Translations under genes and position numbers: made by a program
Assembly: GCF_009914755.1 (NCBI RefSeq)
Contig: NC_060948.1
From: the human T2T-CHM13v2.0 reference genome, Homo sapiens
Length of the DNA: 64,000 bases
Reading direction: 5' to 3' (one strand)
The notes under the pieces: model-generated
Seen by the model: only the letters and a program-made list of their open reading frames with translations
Told to the model about the DNA's origin: nothing
Databases searched by the model: none
Shown: positions 22,467-41,811 of the stretch, one piece after another
How positions within the stretch are numbered: the first letter of the stretch is position 1
Layout: each line of letters begins with the position of its first letter

Positions 22467-24569
22467 AGATCCATATTTTTTAAATGAAAAAAAATTTCAA
22501 AGGTACTCTGCTTGGTACAATAATCAAATGTATAAACTGAGGAATAAAACATAACCATGAAACCTACTTATAACTGCATATGGAAAATACAGAGGATAAT
22601 TTTTTAAATAACATATTTTGAAAGCCTTAACTAGTAATTTGAAGAGTTGGCATTTGAAAGGCCAGTATGAATATACCTTCAAAGCAGCAACAGAGGTTCC
22701 CCATGAGAAAAAGCAAACACAGGGAAAATAAAAACACAAAGGTTCAATCTCTTCTGACCTTTGAAAGACACAGCACAGACAGTGGTCCTTAGGACGAAGA
22801 GCAGGAGACCCCTAATTCCGTCACCATGGCGATAGGGCATAAACATTGCTGGGTGAGGGCACAATCCACATTGTGAGGTCCAACTGCTGCCAGGAAGACA
22901 GGAGTGCTTTTACATAGACCGAAAGGTCATTGAAGGCTCAGAGTTTTGTTTCAAGAACTGAATCCCAAGCATACACGTTATTAGGCTGCGCTTCTTAAAA
23001 CAAGTTATGAGATGGGGAAAAGGGCACCCACAAACATACGTATACATTATGTATATAATAATATACAGTATCATATATATAATATATATAACCTATGTAT
23101 AATATTGTTTTACATCCTGCATCTTATGTTATATATATTGTATAAAATATAATAATTGGTAATATATAAGTTTTATAATTATACAATATGACATATAGTA
23201 TATATTATAATTTATGACATATAATATATGTTATATGTCATATATAGAATATATTATACGGTTAATATACGTATTAAATATAAATTATACATTATATATA
23301 TTATATATAATATATCTGTTATATATAATACCCATTATGCATAATATATATATTATGTCTATGTTATATATAGTATAAAACAACATGTAATAATATATAA
23401 TTGTATATATAAAATGCGACATATAATATATATTATATTTTATAACATATGTAATATATATTATATATTATATATAATACGTTGTATGTATAATACCTAT
23501 ATTAAATATATATTATATGACTATGTTATTAATTACATGTTACATGTGTTATATATTATATATTTAACATAGAATATACCGGTTACATACAATATATACT
23601 ATGTTACCTATAATGTATAATTTATTACAAGTAAAATAAAGAATGCAATATATTATGTATAATTTATAATATACCATATGTGGAATGTGATATATATAAC
23701 ATATAATATATGATATATGATATACAGTATATGATATATAACATACAATATATGATTCCTAATATATATGGTATGCAATATATATTTTATGATATGTATT
23801 CTATATGTTTTATATTCTGTTATATATAACTATTTGAAATTATATATAACTGTATAATATTTTATGTAAATATGTAATATAATATATATAACTATATAAT
23901 ATATTATATATAACTATATATTATGTTATATATACTTTTATAACATAATTTACATAAAATATCATAATATAATATATATTATATTATTTCATATTACATA
24001 ATATATATTACATATCACCCAATATAACTAACATACATAATATTATAATATAGATTATATTGTGTTATATTAAATATCATATATATCATGTATCATATAT
24101 TCTATAATATATATTACACATTATATAATATGTATGTTGTCTATTATGTGATATATATAACTATATATATAATTATATTTTTATACATATAACTAGATAA
24201 ACATGTAATTCTACATATTTTCATTTATAATATGTAGAATTATATAATCATATATAATTATTTATATTCTATAAAAAATTTCATCATTATATATATTATA
24301 ATATATAAAAATTATAATATGTACTACAAATATATATATTATATATCATATATGATATAGTACCTTTGTTATATATCATAATACATATAAATGTGTATTA
24401 TGTTATCTATAATTATATAATTTCATATATAAGATGTATAATATGTATCATATATTATATATGTTATGTAATATATATAGTATATATAAGATGACACAGG
24501 ATAAATATTATACACTATGACATATAAAATATATCAGGTTATATGTTACATATAAGGCATAGCACATAA

Positions 24570-24884
<315 letters not shown>

Positions 24885-27012
24885 AGATCCATATTTTTTA
24901 AATGAAAAAAAATTTCAAAGGTACTCTGCTTGGTACAGTAATCAAATGTATAAACTGAGGAATAAAACATAAACATGAAACCTACTTATAACTGCATATG
25001 GAAAATACAGAGGATAATTTTTTAAATAACATATTTTGAAAGCCTTAACTAGTAATTTGAAGAGTTGGCATTTGAAAGGCCAGTATGAATATACCTTCAA
25101 AGCAGCAACACAGGTTCCCCATGAGAAAAAGCAAACACAGGGAAAATAAAAACACAAAGGTTCAATCTCTTCTGACCTTTGAAAGACACAGCACAGACAG
25201 TGGTCCTTAGGACGAAGAGCAGGAGACCCCTAATTCCGTCACCATGGCGATAGGGCATAAACATTGCTGGGTGAGGGCACAATCCACATTGTGAGGTCCA
25301 ACTGCTGCCAGGAAGACAGGAGTGCTTTTACATAGACCGAAAGGTCATTGAAGGCTCAGAGTTTTGTTTCAAGAACTGAATCCCAAGCCCACACGTTATT
25401 AGGCTGCGCTTCTTAAAACAAGTTATGAGATGGGAAAAAGGACACCCACAAACATACGTATACATTATGTATATAATAATATACAGTATCATATATATAA
25501 TATATATAACCTATGTATAATATTGTTTAACATCCTGCATCTTATGTCATATATATTGTATAAAATATAATAATTGATAATATATAAGTTTTATATTTAT
25601 ACAATATGACAAATAGTATATATTATAATTTATGACATATATAATATTTGTTATATATCATATATAGAATATATTATACGGTTAATATACGTATTAAATA
25701 TAAATTATACATTATATATAGTATATATAATATATCTGTTATATATAATACCCATTATGCCTAATATATATATTATGTCTATGTTATATATAGTATAAAA
25801 CAACATATAATAATATATAATTGTATATATAAAATGCGACATATAATATATATTATATTTTATAACATATGTAATATATATTATATATTATATATAATAC
25901 GTTGTATGTATAATACCAATATTAAATATATATTATATGACTATGTTATTAATTACATGTCACATGTGTTATATATTATATATTTTACATAGAATATACC
26001 GGTTACATACAATATATACTATGTTACCTATAATGTATAATTTATTACATGTAAAATAAAGAATGCAATATATTATGTGTAATTTATAATATACAATATG
26101 TGGAATGTGATATATATAACATATAATATATGATATATGATATACAGTATATGATATATAACATACAATATATGATTCCTAATATATATGGTATACAATA
26201 TATATTTTATGATATGTATTCTATATGTTTTATATTCTGTTATATATAACTATTTTAAATTATATATAACTGTATAATATTTTATGTAAATATGTAATAT
26301 AATATATATAACTATATAATATATTATATATAACTATATATTATGTTATATATACTTTTATAACATAATTTACATAAAATATCATAATATAATATATATT
26401 ATATTATTTCATATTACATAATATATATTACATATCACCCAATATAACTAACATACATAATATTATAATATAGATTATATTGTGTTATATTAAATATCAT
26501 ATATATCATGTATCATATATTCTATAATATATATTACACATTATATAATATGTATGTTGTCTATTATGTGATATATATAACTATATATATAATTATATTT
26601 TTATACATATAACTGGATAAACATGTAATTCTACATATTTTCATTTATAATATGTAGAATTATATAATCATATATAATTATTTATATTCTATAAAAAATT
26701 TTATCATTATATAAATTATAATATATAAAAATTATAATATGTACTACAAATATATATATTATATATCATATATGATATAGTACCTTTGTTATATATCATA
26801 ATACATATAAATGTGTATTATGTTATCTATAATTATATAATTTCATATATAAAATGTATAATATGTATCATATATTATATATGTTATGTAATATATATAG
26901 TATATATAAGATGACACAGGATAAATATTATATACTATGACATATAAAATATATGAGGTTATATGTTACATATAATGCATAGCACATAACATGTAATATG
27001 TAAAATATATAA

Positions 27013-27304
27013 TTTTTTTTTAGACAGAATCTTGTCCTGTTGCACAGGGTGGGGTACAATGGCGCCGTCTTTTCTCACTGCAACTTCTGCCTCACGGGTC
27101 CAAGCGATTGTCCTCCCTCAGCCTCCCAGGTAGCTGGGACTACACCACACTGGGACTACACCAGCTGCCACCATGCCTAGCTAAATTTTTGGATTTTTAG
27201 TAGTGACAGCGTTTCACTGTATTGACCAGGATGGTCTTGATCTCTTCACCTTGTGATCCCCTTGCCTTGGCCTCCAAATTTTCTGGGATTACAGTCCTGA
27301 GCCA
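27013..27304 (-). mobile_element. Alu fragment, unit 12
   Basis: Same antisense Alu as 415-706. Confidence 0.93.
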
Positions 27305-29432
27305 AGATCCATATTTTTTAAATGAAAAAAAATTTCAAAGGTACTCTGCTTGGTACAATAATCAAATGTATAAACTGAGGAATAAAACATAACCATGAAA
27401 CCTACTTATAACTGCCTATGGAAAATACAGAGGATAATTTTTTAAATAACATATTTTGAAAGCCTTAACTAGTAATTTGAAGAGTTGGCATTTGAAAGGC
27501 CAGTATGAATATACCTTCAAAGCAGCAACACAGGTTCCCCATGAGAAAAAGCAAACACAGGGAAAATAAAAACACAAAGGTTCAATCTCTTCTGACCTTT
27601 GAAAGACACAGCACAGACAGTGGTCCTTAGGACGAAGAGCAGGAGACCCCTAATTCCGTCACCATGGCGATAGGGCATAAACATTGCTGGGTGAGGGCAC
27701 AATCCACATTGTGAGGTCCAACTGCTGCCAGGAAGACAGGAGTGCTTTTACATAGACCGAAAGGTCATTGAAGGCTCAGAGTTTTGTTTCAAGAACTGAA
27801 TCCCAAGCCCACACGTTATTAGGCTGCGCTTCTTAAAACAAGTTATGAGATGGGAAAAAGGGCACCCACAAACATACGTATACATTATGTATATAATAAT
27901 ATACAGTATCATATATATAATATATATAACCTATGTATAATATTGTTTTACATCCTGCATCTTATGTTATATATATTGTATAAAATATAATAATTGATAA
28001 TATATAAGTTTTATAATTATACAATATGACATATAGTATATATTGTAATTTATGACATATATAATATATGTTATATATCATATATAGAATATATTATACG
28101 GTTAATATACGTATTAAATATAAATTATACATTATATATATTATATATAATATATCTGTTATATATAATACCCATTATGCATAATATATATATTATGTCT
28201 ATGTTATATATAGTATAAAACAACATATAATAATATATAATTGTATATATAAAATGCGACATAGAATATATGTTATATTTTATAACATATGTAATATATA
28301 TTATATATTATATATAATACGTTGTATGTATAATACCTATATTAAATATATATTATATGACTATGTTATTAATTACATGTCACATGTGTTATATATTATA
28401 TATTTTACATAGAATATACCGGTTACCTACAATATATACTATGTTACCTATAATGTATAATTTATTACATGTAAAATAAAGAATAGAATATATTATGTAT
28501 AATTTATAATACACCATATGTGGAATGTGATATATATAACATATAATATATGATATATGATATACAGTATATGATATATAACATACAATATATGATTCCT
28601 AATATATATGGTATACAATATATATTTTATGATATGTATTCTATATGTTTTATATTCTGTTATATATAACTATTTGAAAATATATATAACTGTATAATAT
28701 TTTATGTAAATATGTAATATAATATTTATAACTATATAATATATTATATATAACTATATATTATGTTATATATACTTTTATAACATAATTTACATAAAAT
28801 ATCATAATATAATATATATTATATTATTTCATATTACATAATATATATTTCATATCACCCAATATAACTAACATACATAATATTATAATATAGATTATAT
28901 TGTGTTATATTAAATATCATATATATCATGTATCATATATTCTATAATATATATTACACATTATATAATATGTATGTTGTCTATTATGTGATATATATAA
29001 CTATATATATAATTATATTTTTATACATATAACTAGATAACCATGTAATTCTACATATTTTCATTTATAATATGTAGAATTATATAATCATATATAATTA
29101 TTTATATTCTATAAAAAATTTTATCATTATATAAATTATAATATATAAAAATTATAATATGTACTACAAATATATATATTATATATCATATATGATATAG
29201 TACCTTTGTTATATATCATAATACATATAAATGTGTATTATGTTATCTATAATTATATAATTTCATATATAAGATGTATAATATGTATCATATATTATAT
29301 ATGTTATGTAATATATATAGTATATATAAGATGACACAGGATAAATATTATATACTATGACATATAAAATATATGAGGTTATATGTTACATATAAGGCAT
29401 AGCACATAACATGTAATATATATGATATATAA

Positions 29433-29724
29433 TTTTTTTTTAGACAGAATCTTGTCCTGTTGCACAGGGTGGGGTTCAATGGCGCCATCTTTGCTCACTG
29501 CAACTTCTGCCTCACGGGTCCAAGCGATTGTCCTCCCTCAGCCTCCCAGGTAGCTGGGACTACACCACACTGGGACTACACCAGCTGCCACCATGCCTAG
29601 CTAATTTTTTGGATTTTTAGTAGTGACAGCGTTTCACTGTATTGGCCAGGATGGTCTTGATCTCTTCACCTTGTGATCCCCTTGCCTTGGCCTCCAAATT
29701 TGCTGGGATTACAGGCCTGAGCCA
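29433..29724 (-). mobile_element. Alu fragment, unit 13
   Basis: Same antisense Alu as 415-706. Confidence 0.93.
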
Positions 29725-31827
29725 AGATCCATATTTTTTAAATGAAAAAAAATTTCAAAGGTACTCTGCTTGGTACAATAATCAAATGTATAAACTGAGG
29801 AATAAAACATAACCATGAAACCTACTTATAACTGCATATGGAAAATACAGAGGATAATTTTTTAAATAACATATTTTGAAAGCCTTAACTAGTAATTTGA
29901 AGAGTTGGCATTTGAAAGGCCAGTATGAATATACCTTCAAAGCAGCAACACAGGTTCCCCATGAGAAAAAGCAAACACAGGGAAAATAAAACAACAAAGG
30001 TTCAATCTCTTCTGACCTTTGAAAGACACAGCACAGACAGTGGTCCTTAGGACGAAGAGCAGGAGACCCCTAATTCCGTCACCATGGCGATAGGGCATAA
30101 ACATTGCTGGGTGAGGGCACAATCCACATTGTGAGGTCCAACTGCTGCCAGGAAGACAGGAGTGCTTTTACATAGACCGAAAGGTCATTGAAGGCTCAGA
30201 GTTTTGTTTCAAGAACTGAATCCCAAGCCCACACGTTATTAGGCTGCGCTTCTTAAAACAAGTTATGAGATGGGGAAAAGGGCACCCACAAACATACGTA
30301 TACATTATGTATATAATAATATACAGTATCATATATATAATATATATAACCTATGTATAATATTGTTTTACATCCTGCATCTTATGTTATATATATTGTA
30401 TAAAATATAATAATTGATAATATATAAGTTTTATAATTATACAATATGACATATTGTATATATTATAATTTATGACATATAATATATGTTATATGTCATA
30501 TATAGAATATATTATACGGTTAATATACGTATTAAATATAAATTATACATTATATATATTATATATAATATATCTGTTATATATAATACCCATTATGCAT
30601 AATATATATATTATGTCTATGTTATATATAGTATAAAACATCATGTAATAATATATAATTGTATATATAAAATGCGACATATAATATATATTATATTTTA
30701 TAACATATGTAATATATATTATATATTATATATAATACGTTGTATGTATAATACCTATATTAAATATATATTATATGACTATGTTATTAATTACATGTTA
30801 CATGTGTTATATATTATATATTTTACATAGAATATACCGGTTACATACAATATATACTATGTTACCTATAATGTATAATTTATTACAAGTAAAATAAAGA
30901 ATACAATATATTATGTATAATTTATTATATACCATATGTGGAATGTGATATATATAACATATAATATATGATATATGATATACAGTATATGATATATAAC
31001 ATACAATATATGATTCCTAATATATATTGTATACAATATATATTTTATGATATGTATTCTATATGTTTTATATTCTGTTATATATAACTATTTGAAATTA
31101 TATATAACTGTATAATATTTTATGTAAATATGTAATATAATATATATAACTATATAATATATTATATATAACTATATATTATGTTATATATACTTTTATA
31201 ACATAATTTACATAAAATATCATAATATAATATATATTATATTATTTCATATTACATAATATATATTACATATCACCCAATATAACTAACATACATAATA
31301 TTATAATATAGATTATATTGTGTTATATTAAATATCATATATATCATGTATCATATATTCTATAATATATATTACACATTATATAATATGTATGTTGTCT
31401 ATTATGTGATATATATAACTACATATATAATTATATTTTTATACATATAACTAGATAAACATGTAATTCTACATATTTTCATTTATAATATGTAGAATTA
31501 TATAATCATATATAATTATTTATATTCTATAAAAAATTTCATCATTATATATATTATAATATATAAAAATTATAATATGTACTACAAATATATATATTAT
31601 ATATCATATATGATATAGTACCTTTGTTATATATCATAATACATATAAATGTGTATTATGTTATCTATAATTATATAATTTCATATATAAGATGTATAAT
31701 ATGTATCATATATTATATATGTTATGTAATATATATAGTATATATAAGATGACACAGGATAAATATTATACACTATGACATATAAAATATATCAGGTTAT
31801 ATGTTACATATAAGGCATAGCACATAA

Positions 31828-32142
<315 letters not shown>

Positions 32143-34270
32143 AGATCCATATTTTTTAAATGAAAAAAAATTTCAAAGGTACTCTGCTTGGTACAATAAT
32201 CAAATGTATAAACTGAGGAATAAAACATAAACATGAAACCTACTTATAACTGCATATGGAAAATACAGAGGATAATTTTTTAAATAACATATTTTGAAAG
32301 CCTTAACTAGTAATTTGAAGAGTTGGCATTTGAAAGGCCAGTATGAATATACCTTCAAAGCAGCAACACAGGTTCCCCATGAGAAAAAGCAAACACAGGG
32401 AAAATAAAAACACAAAGGTTCAATCTCTTCTGACCTTTGAAAAACAGAGCACAGACAGTGGTCCTTAGGACGAAGAGCAGGAGACCCCTAATTCCGTCAC
32501 CATGGCGATAGGGCATAAACATTGCTGGGTGAGGGCACAATCCACATTGTGAGGTCCAACTGCTGCCAGGAAGACAGGAGTGCTTTTACATAGACCGAAA
32601 GGTCATTGAAGGCTCAGAGTTTTGTTTCAAGAACTGAATCCCAAGCCCACACGTTATTAGGCTGCGCTTCTTAAAACAAGTTATGAGATGGGAAAAAGGA
32701 CACCCACAAACATACGTATACATTATGTATATAATAATATACAGTATCATATATATAATATATATAACCTATGTATAATATTGTTTTACATCCTGCATCT
32801 TATGTTATATATATTGTATAAAATATAATAATTGATAATATATAAGTTTTATATTTATACAATATGACAAATAGTATATATTATAATTTATGACATATAT
32901 AATATATGTTATATATCATATATAGAATATATTATACGGTTAATATACGTATTAAATATAAATTATACATTATATATAGTATATATAATATATCTGTTAT
33001 ATATAATACCCATTATGCCTAATATATATATTATGTCTATGTTATATATAGTATAAAACAACATATAATAATATATAATTGTATATATAAAATGCGACAT
33101 ATAATATATATTATATTTTATAACATATGTAATATATATTATATATTATATATAATACGTTGTATGTATAATACCTATATTAAATATATATTATATGACT
33201 ATGTTATTAATTACATGTCACATGTGTTATATATTATATATTTTACATAGAATATACCGGTTACATACAATATATACTATGTTACCTTTAATGTATAATT
33301 TATTACATGTAAAATAAAGAATGCAATATATTATGTGTAATTTATAATATACAATATGTGGAATGTGATATATATAACATATAATATATGATATATGATA
33401 TACAGTATATGATATATAACATACAATATATGATTCCTAATATATATGGTATACAATATATATTTTATGATATGTATTCTATATGTTTTATATTCTGTTA
33501 TATATAACTATTTTAAATTATATATAACTGTATAATATTTTATGTAAATATGTAATATAATATATATAGCTATATAATATATTATATATAACTATATATT
33601 ATGTTATATATACTTTTATAACATAATTTACATAAAATATCATAATATAATATATATTATATTATTTCATATTACATAATATATATTACATATCACCCAA
33701 TATAACTAACATACATAATATTATAATATAGATTATATTGTGTTATATTAAATATCATATATATCATGTATCATATATTCTATAATATATATTACACATT
33801 ATATAATATGTATGTTGTCTATTATGTGATATATATAACTATATATATAATTATATTTTTATACATATAACTGGATAAACATGTAATTCTACATATTTTC
33901 ATTTATAATATGTAGAATTATATAATCATATATAATTATTTATATTCTATAAAAAATTTTATCATTATATAAATTATAATATATAAAAATTATAATATGT
34001 ACTACAAATATATATATTATATATCATATATGATATAGTACCTTTGTTATATATCATAATACATATAAATGTGTATTATGTTATCTATAATTATGTAATT
34101 TCATATATAAGATGTATAATATGTATCATATATTATATATGTTATGTAATATATATAGTATATATAAGATGACACAGGATAAATATTATATACTATGACA
34201 TATAAAATATATGAGGTTATATGTTACATATAAGGCATAGCACATAACATGTAATATGTAACATATATAA

Positions 34271-34562
34271 TTTTTTTTTAGACAGAATCTTGTCCTGTTG
34301 CACAGGGTGGGGTACAATGGCGCCGTCTTTTCTCACTGCATCTTCTGCCTCACGGGTCCAAGCGATTGTCCTCCCTCAGCCTCCCAGGTAGCTGGGACTA
34401 CACCACACTGAGACTACACCAGCTGCCACCATGCCTAGCTAATTTTTTGGATTTTTAGTAGTGACAGCGTTTCACTGTATTGGCCAGGATGTTCTTGATC
34501 TCTTCACCTTGTGATCCCCTTGCCTTGGCCTCCAAATTTGCTGGGATTACAGGCCTGAGCCA
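34271..34562 (-). mobile_element. Alu fragment, unit 15
   Basis: Same antisense Alu as 415-706. Confidence 0.93.
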
Positions 34563-36688
34563 AGATCCATATTTTTTAAATGAAAAAAAATTTCGAAGGT
34601 ACTCTGCTTGGTACAATAATCAAATGTATAAACTGAGGAATAAAACATAACCATGAAACCTACTTATAACTGCATATGGAAAATACAGAGGATAATTTTT
34701 TAAATAACATATTTTGAAAGCCTTAACTAGTAATTTGAAGAGTTGGCATTTGAAAGACCAGTATGAATAAACCTTCAAAGCAGCAACACAGGTTCCCCAT
34801 GAGAAAAAGCAAACACAGGGAAAATAAAAACACAAAGGTTCAATCTCTTCTGACCTTTGAAAGACACAGCACAGACAGTGGTCCTTAGGACGAAGAGCAG
34901 GAGACCCCTAATTCCGTCACCATGGCGATAGGGCATAAACATTGCTGGGTGAGGGCACAATCCACATTGTGAGGTCCAACTGCTGCCAGGAAGACAGGAG
35001 TGCTTTTACATAGACCGAAAGGTCATTGAAGGCTCAGAGTTTTGTTTCAAGAACTGAATCCCAAGCCCACACGTTATTAGGCTGCGCTTCTTAAAACAAG
35101 TTATGAGATGGGAAAAAGGGCACCCACAAACATACGTATACATTATGTATATAATAATATACAGTATCATATATATAATATATATAACCTATGTATAATA
35201 TTGTTTTACATCCTGCATCTTATGTTATATATATTGTATAAAATATAATAATTGATAATATATAAGTTTTATAATTATACAATATGACATATAGTATATA
35301 TTATAATTTATGACATATATAATATATGTTATATGTCATTTATAGAATATATTAAACGGTTAATATACGTATTAAATATAAATTATACATTATATATATT
35401 ATATATAATATATCTGTTATATATAATACCCGTTATGCATAATATATATATTATGTCTATGTTATATATAGTATAAAACAACATATAATAATATATAATT
35501 GTATATATAAAATGCGACATATAATATATATTATATTTAATAACATATGTAATATATATTATATATTATATATAATACGTTGTATGTATAATACCTATAT
35601 TAAATATATATTATATGACTATGTTATTAATTACATGTCACATGTGTTATATATTATATATTTTACATAGAATATACCGGTTACATACAATATATACTAT
35701 GTTACCTATAATGTATAATTTATTACATGTAAAATAAAGAATGCAATCTATTATGTATAATTTATAATATACAATATGTGGAATGTGATATATATAACAT
35801 ATAATATATGATATATGATATACAGTATATGATATATAACATACAATATATGATTCCTAATATATATGGTATACAATATATATTTTATGATATGTATTCT
35901 ATATGTTTTATATTCTGTCATATATAACTATTTGAAATTATATATAACTGTATAATATTTTATGTAAATATGTAATATAATATATAACTATATAATATAT
36001 TATATATAACTATATATTATGTTATATATACTTTTAAAACATAATTTACATAAAATATCATAATATAATATATATTATATTATTTCATATTACATAATAT
36101 ATATTACATATCACCCAATGTAACTAACATACATAATATTATAATACAGATTATATTATGTTATATTAAATATCATATATATCATGTATCATATATTCTA
36201 TAATATATATTACACTTTATATAATATGTATGTTGTCTATTATGTGATATATATAACTATATATATAATTATATTTTTATACATATAACTAGATAACCAT
36301 GTAATTCTACATATTTTCATTTATAATATGTAGAATTATATAATCATATATAATTATTTATATTCTATAAAAAATTTTATCATTATATAAATTATAATAT
36401 ATAAAAATTATAATATGTACTACAAATATATATATTATATATCATATATGATATAGTACCTTTGTTATATATCATAATACATATAAATGTGTATTATGTT
36501 ATCTATAATTATATAATTTCATATATAAGATGTATAATATGTATCATATATTATATATGTTATGTAATATATATAGTATATATAAGATGACACAGGATAA
36601 ATATTATATACTATGACATATAAAATATATGAGGTTATATGTTACATATAAGGCATAGCACATAACATGTAATATATATGATATATAA

Positions 36689-36980
36689 TTTTTTTTTAGA
36701 CAGAATCTTGTCCTGTTGCACAGGGTGGGGTTCAATGGCGCCATCTTTGCTCACTGCAACTTCTGCCTCACGGGTCCAAGCGATTGTCCTCCCTCAGCCT
36801 CCCAGGTAGCTGGGACTACACCACACTGGGACTACACCAGCTGCCACCATGCCTAGCTAATTTTTTGGATTTTTAGTACTGACAGCGTTTCACTGTATTG
36901 GCCAGGATGGTCTTGATCTCTTGACCTTGTGATCCCCTTGCCTTGGCCTCCAAATTTGCTGGGATTACAGGCCTGAGCCA
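36689..36980 (-). mobile_element. Alu fragment, unit 16
   Basis: Same antisense Alu as 415-706. Confidence 0.93.
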
Positions 36981-39080
36981 AGATCCATATTTTTTAAATG
37001 AAAAAAAATTTCAAAGGTACTCTGCTTGGTACAATAATCAAATGTATAAACTGAGGAATAAAACATAACCATGAAACCTACTTATAACTGCATATGGAAA
37101 ATACAGAGGATAATTTTTTAAATAACATATTTTGAAAGCCTTAACTAGTAATTTGAAGAGTTGGCATTTGAAAGGCCAGTATGAATATACCTTCAAAGCA
37201 GCAACACAGGTTCCCCATGAGAAAAAGCAAACACAGGGAAAATAAAAACACAAAGGTTCAATCTCTTCTGACCTTTGAAAGACACAGCACAGACAGTGGT
37301 CCTTAGGACGAAGAGCAGGAGACCCCTAATTCCGTCACCATGGCGATAGGGCATAAACATTGCTGGGTGAGGGCACAATCCACATTGTGAGGTCCAACTG
37401 CTGCCAGGAAGACAGGAGTGCTTTTACATAGACCGAAAGGTCATTGAAGGCTCAGAGTTTTGTTTCAAGAACTGAATCCCAAGCCCACACGTTATTAGGC
37501 TGCGCTTCTTAAAACAAGTTATGAGATGGGAAAAAGGGCACCCACAAACATACGTATACATTATGTATATAATAATATACAGTATCATATATATAATATA
37601 TATAACCTATGTATAATATTGTTTTACATCCTGCATCTTATGTTATATATATTGTATAAAATATAATAATTGATAATATATAAGTTTTATAATTATACAA
37701 TATGACATATAGTATATATTATAATTTATGACATATATAATATATGTTATATATCATATATAGAGTATATTATACGGTTAATATATGTATTAAATATAAA
37801 TTATACATTATATATATTATATATAATATATCTGTTATATATAATACCCATTATGCATAATATATATATTATGTCTATGTTATATATAGTATAAAACAAC
37901 ATATAATAATATATAATTGTATATATAAAATGCGACATATAATATATATTATATTTTATAACATATGTAATATATATTATATATTATATATAATACGTTG
38001 TATGTATAATACCTATATTAAATATATATTATATGACTATGTTATTAATTACATGTCACATGTGTTATATATTATATATTTTACATAGAATATACCGGTT
38101 ACATACAATATATACTATGTTACCTATAATGTATAATTTATTACATGTAAAATAAAGAATGCAATATATTATGTATAATTTATAATATACAATATGTGGA
38201 ATGTGATATATATAACATATATGATATATGATATACAGTATAAGATATATAACATACAATATATGATTCCTAATATATATGGTATACAATATATATTTTA
38301 TGATATGTATTCTATATGTTTTATATTCTGTCATATATAACTATTTGAAATTATATATAACTGTATAATATTTTATGTAAATATGTAATATAATATATAT
38401 AACTATATAATATATTATATATAACTATATATTATGTTATATATACTTTTATAACATAATTTACATAAAATATCATAATATAATATATATTATATTATTT
38501 CATATTACATAATATATATTACATATCACCCAATATAACTAACATACATAATATTATAATATAGATTATATTATGTTATATTAAATATCATATATATCAT
38601 GTATCATATATTCTATAATATATATTACACATTATATAATATGTATGTTGTCTATTATGTGATATATATAACTATATATATAATTCTATTTTTATACATA
38701 TAACTAGATAAACACGTAATTCTACATATTTTCATTTATAATATGTAGAATTATATAATCATATATAATTATTTATATTCTATAAAAAATTTTATCATTA
38801 TATAAATTATAATATATAAAAATTATAATATGTACTACAAATATATATATTATATATCATATATGATATAGTACCTTTGTTATATATCATAATACATATA
38901 AATGTGTATTATGTTATCTATAATTATATAATTTCATATATAAGATGTATAATATGTATCATATATTATATATGTTATGTAATATATATAGTATATATAA
39001 TATGACACAGGATAAATATTATATACTATGACATATAAAGTATATGAGGTTATATGTTACATATAAGGCATAGCCCATAA

Positions 39081-39395
<315 letters not shown>

Positions 39396-41496
39396 AGATC
39401 CATATTTTTTAAATGAAAAAAAATTTCAAAGGTACTCTGCTTGGTACAATAATCAAATGTATAAACTGAGGAATAAAACATAACCATGAAACCTCCTTAT
39501 AACTGCATATGGAAAATACAGAGGATAATTTTTTAAATAACATATTTTGAAAGCCTTAACTAGTAATTTGAAGAGCTGGCATTTGAAAGGCCAGTATGAA
39601 TATACCTTCAAAGCAGCAACACAGGTTCCCCATGAGAAAAAGCAAACACAGGGAAAATAAAAACACAAAGGTTCAATCTCTTCTGACCTTTGAAAGACAC
39701 AGCACAGACAGTGGTCCTTAGGACGAAGAGCAGGAGACCCCTAATTCCGTCACCATGGCGATAGGGCATAAACATTGCTGGGTGAGGGCACAATCCACAT
39801 TGTGAGGTCCAACTGCTGCCAGGAAGACAGGAGTGCTTTTACATAGACCGAAAGGTCATTGAAGGCTCAGAGTTTTGTTTCAAGAACTGAATCCCAAGCC
39901 CACACGTTATTAGGCTGCGCTTCTTAAAACAAGTTATGAGATGGGGAAAAGGGCACCCACAAACATACGTATACATTATGTATATAATAATATAAAGTAT
40001 CATATATATAATATATATAACCTATGTATAATATTGTTTTACATCCTGCATCTTATGTTATATATATTGTATAAAATATAATAATTGATAATATATAAGT
40101 TTTATAATTATACAATATGACATATAGTATATATTATAATTTATGACATATAATATATGTTATACGTCATATATAGAATATATTATACGGTTAATATACG
40201 TATTAAATATAAATTATACATTATATATATTATATATAATATATATGTTATATATAATACCCATTATGCATAATATATATATTATGTCTATGTTATATAT
40301 AGTATAAAACAACATATAATAATATATAATTGTATATATAAAATGCGACATATAATATATATTATATTTAATAACATATGTAATATATATTATATATTAT
40401 ATATAATACGTTGTATGTATAATACCTATATTAAATATATATTATATGACTATGTTATTAATTACATGTCACATGTGTTATATATTATATATTTTACATA
40501 GAATATACCGGTTACATACAATATATACTATGTTACGTATAATGTATAATTTATTACATGTAAAATAAAGAATGAAATATTTTATGTATAATTTATAATA
40601 TACAATATGTGGAATGTGATATATATAACATATAATATATGATATATGATATACAGTATATGATATATAATACAATATATGATTCCTAATATATATGGTA
40701 TACAATATATATTTTATGATATGTATTCTATATGTTTTATATTCTGTTATATATAACTATTTGAAATTATATATAACTGTATAATATTTTATGTAAATAT
40801 GTAATATAATATATATAACTATATAATATATTATATATAACTATATATTATGTTATATATACTTTTATAACATTATTTACATAAAATATCATAATATAAT
40901 ATATATTATATTATTTCATATTACATAATATATATTACATATCACCCAATATAACTAACATACATAATATTATAATATAGATTATATTATGTTATATTAA
41001 ATATCATATATATCATGTATCATATATTCTATAATATATATTACACATTATATAATATGTATGTTGTCTATTATGTGATATATATAACTATATATATTAT
41101 TATATTTTTATACATATAACTAGATAAACATGTAATTCTACATATTTTCATTTATAATATGTAGAATTATATAATCATATATAATTATTTATATTCTATA
41201 AAAAATTTTATCATTATATAAATTATAATATATAAAAATTATAATATGTACTACAAATATATATATTATATATCATATATGATATAGTACCTTTGTTATA
41301 CATCATAATACATATAAATGTGTATTATGTTATCTATAATTATATAATTTCATATATAAGATGTATAATATGTATCATACATTATATATGTTATGTAATA
41401 TATATAGTATATATAAGATGACACAGGATAAATATTATATACTATGACATATAAAATATATGAGGTTATATGTTACATATAAGGCATAGCACATAA

Positions 41497-41811
<315 letters not shown>

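Noticed and set aside
38065-38334. Y/I-rich ORFs (also 6071-6262, 40478-40705, 50148-50417)
   Set aside because: Translations of (TA)-rich sequence opened by sporadic indels or stop loss; useful only as variant markers.
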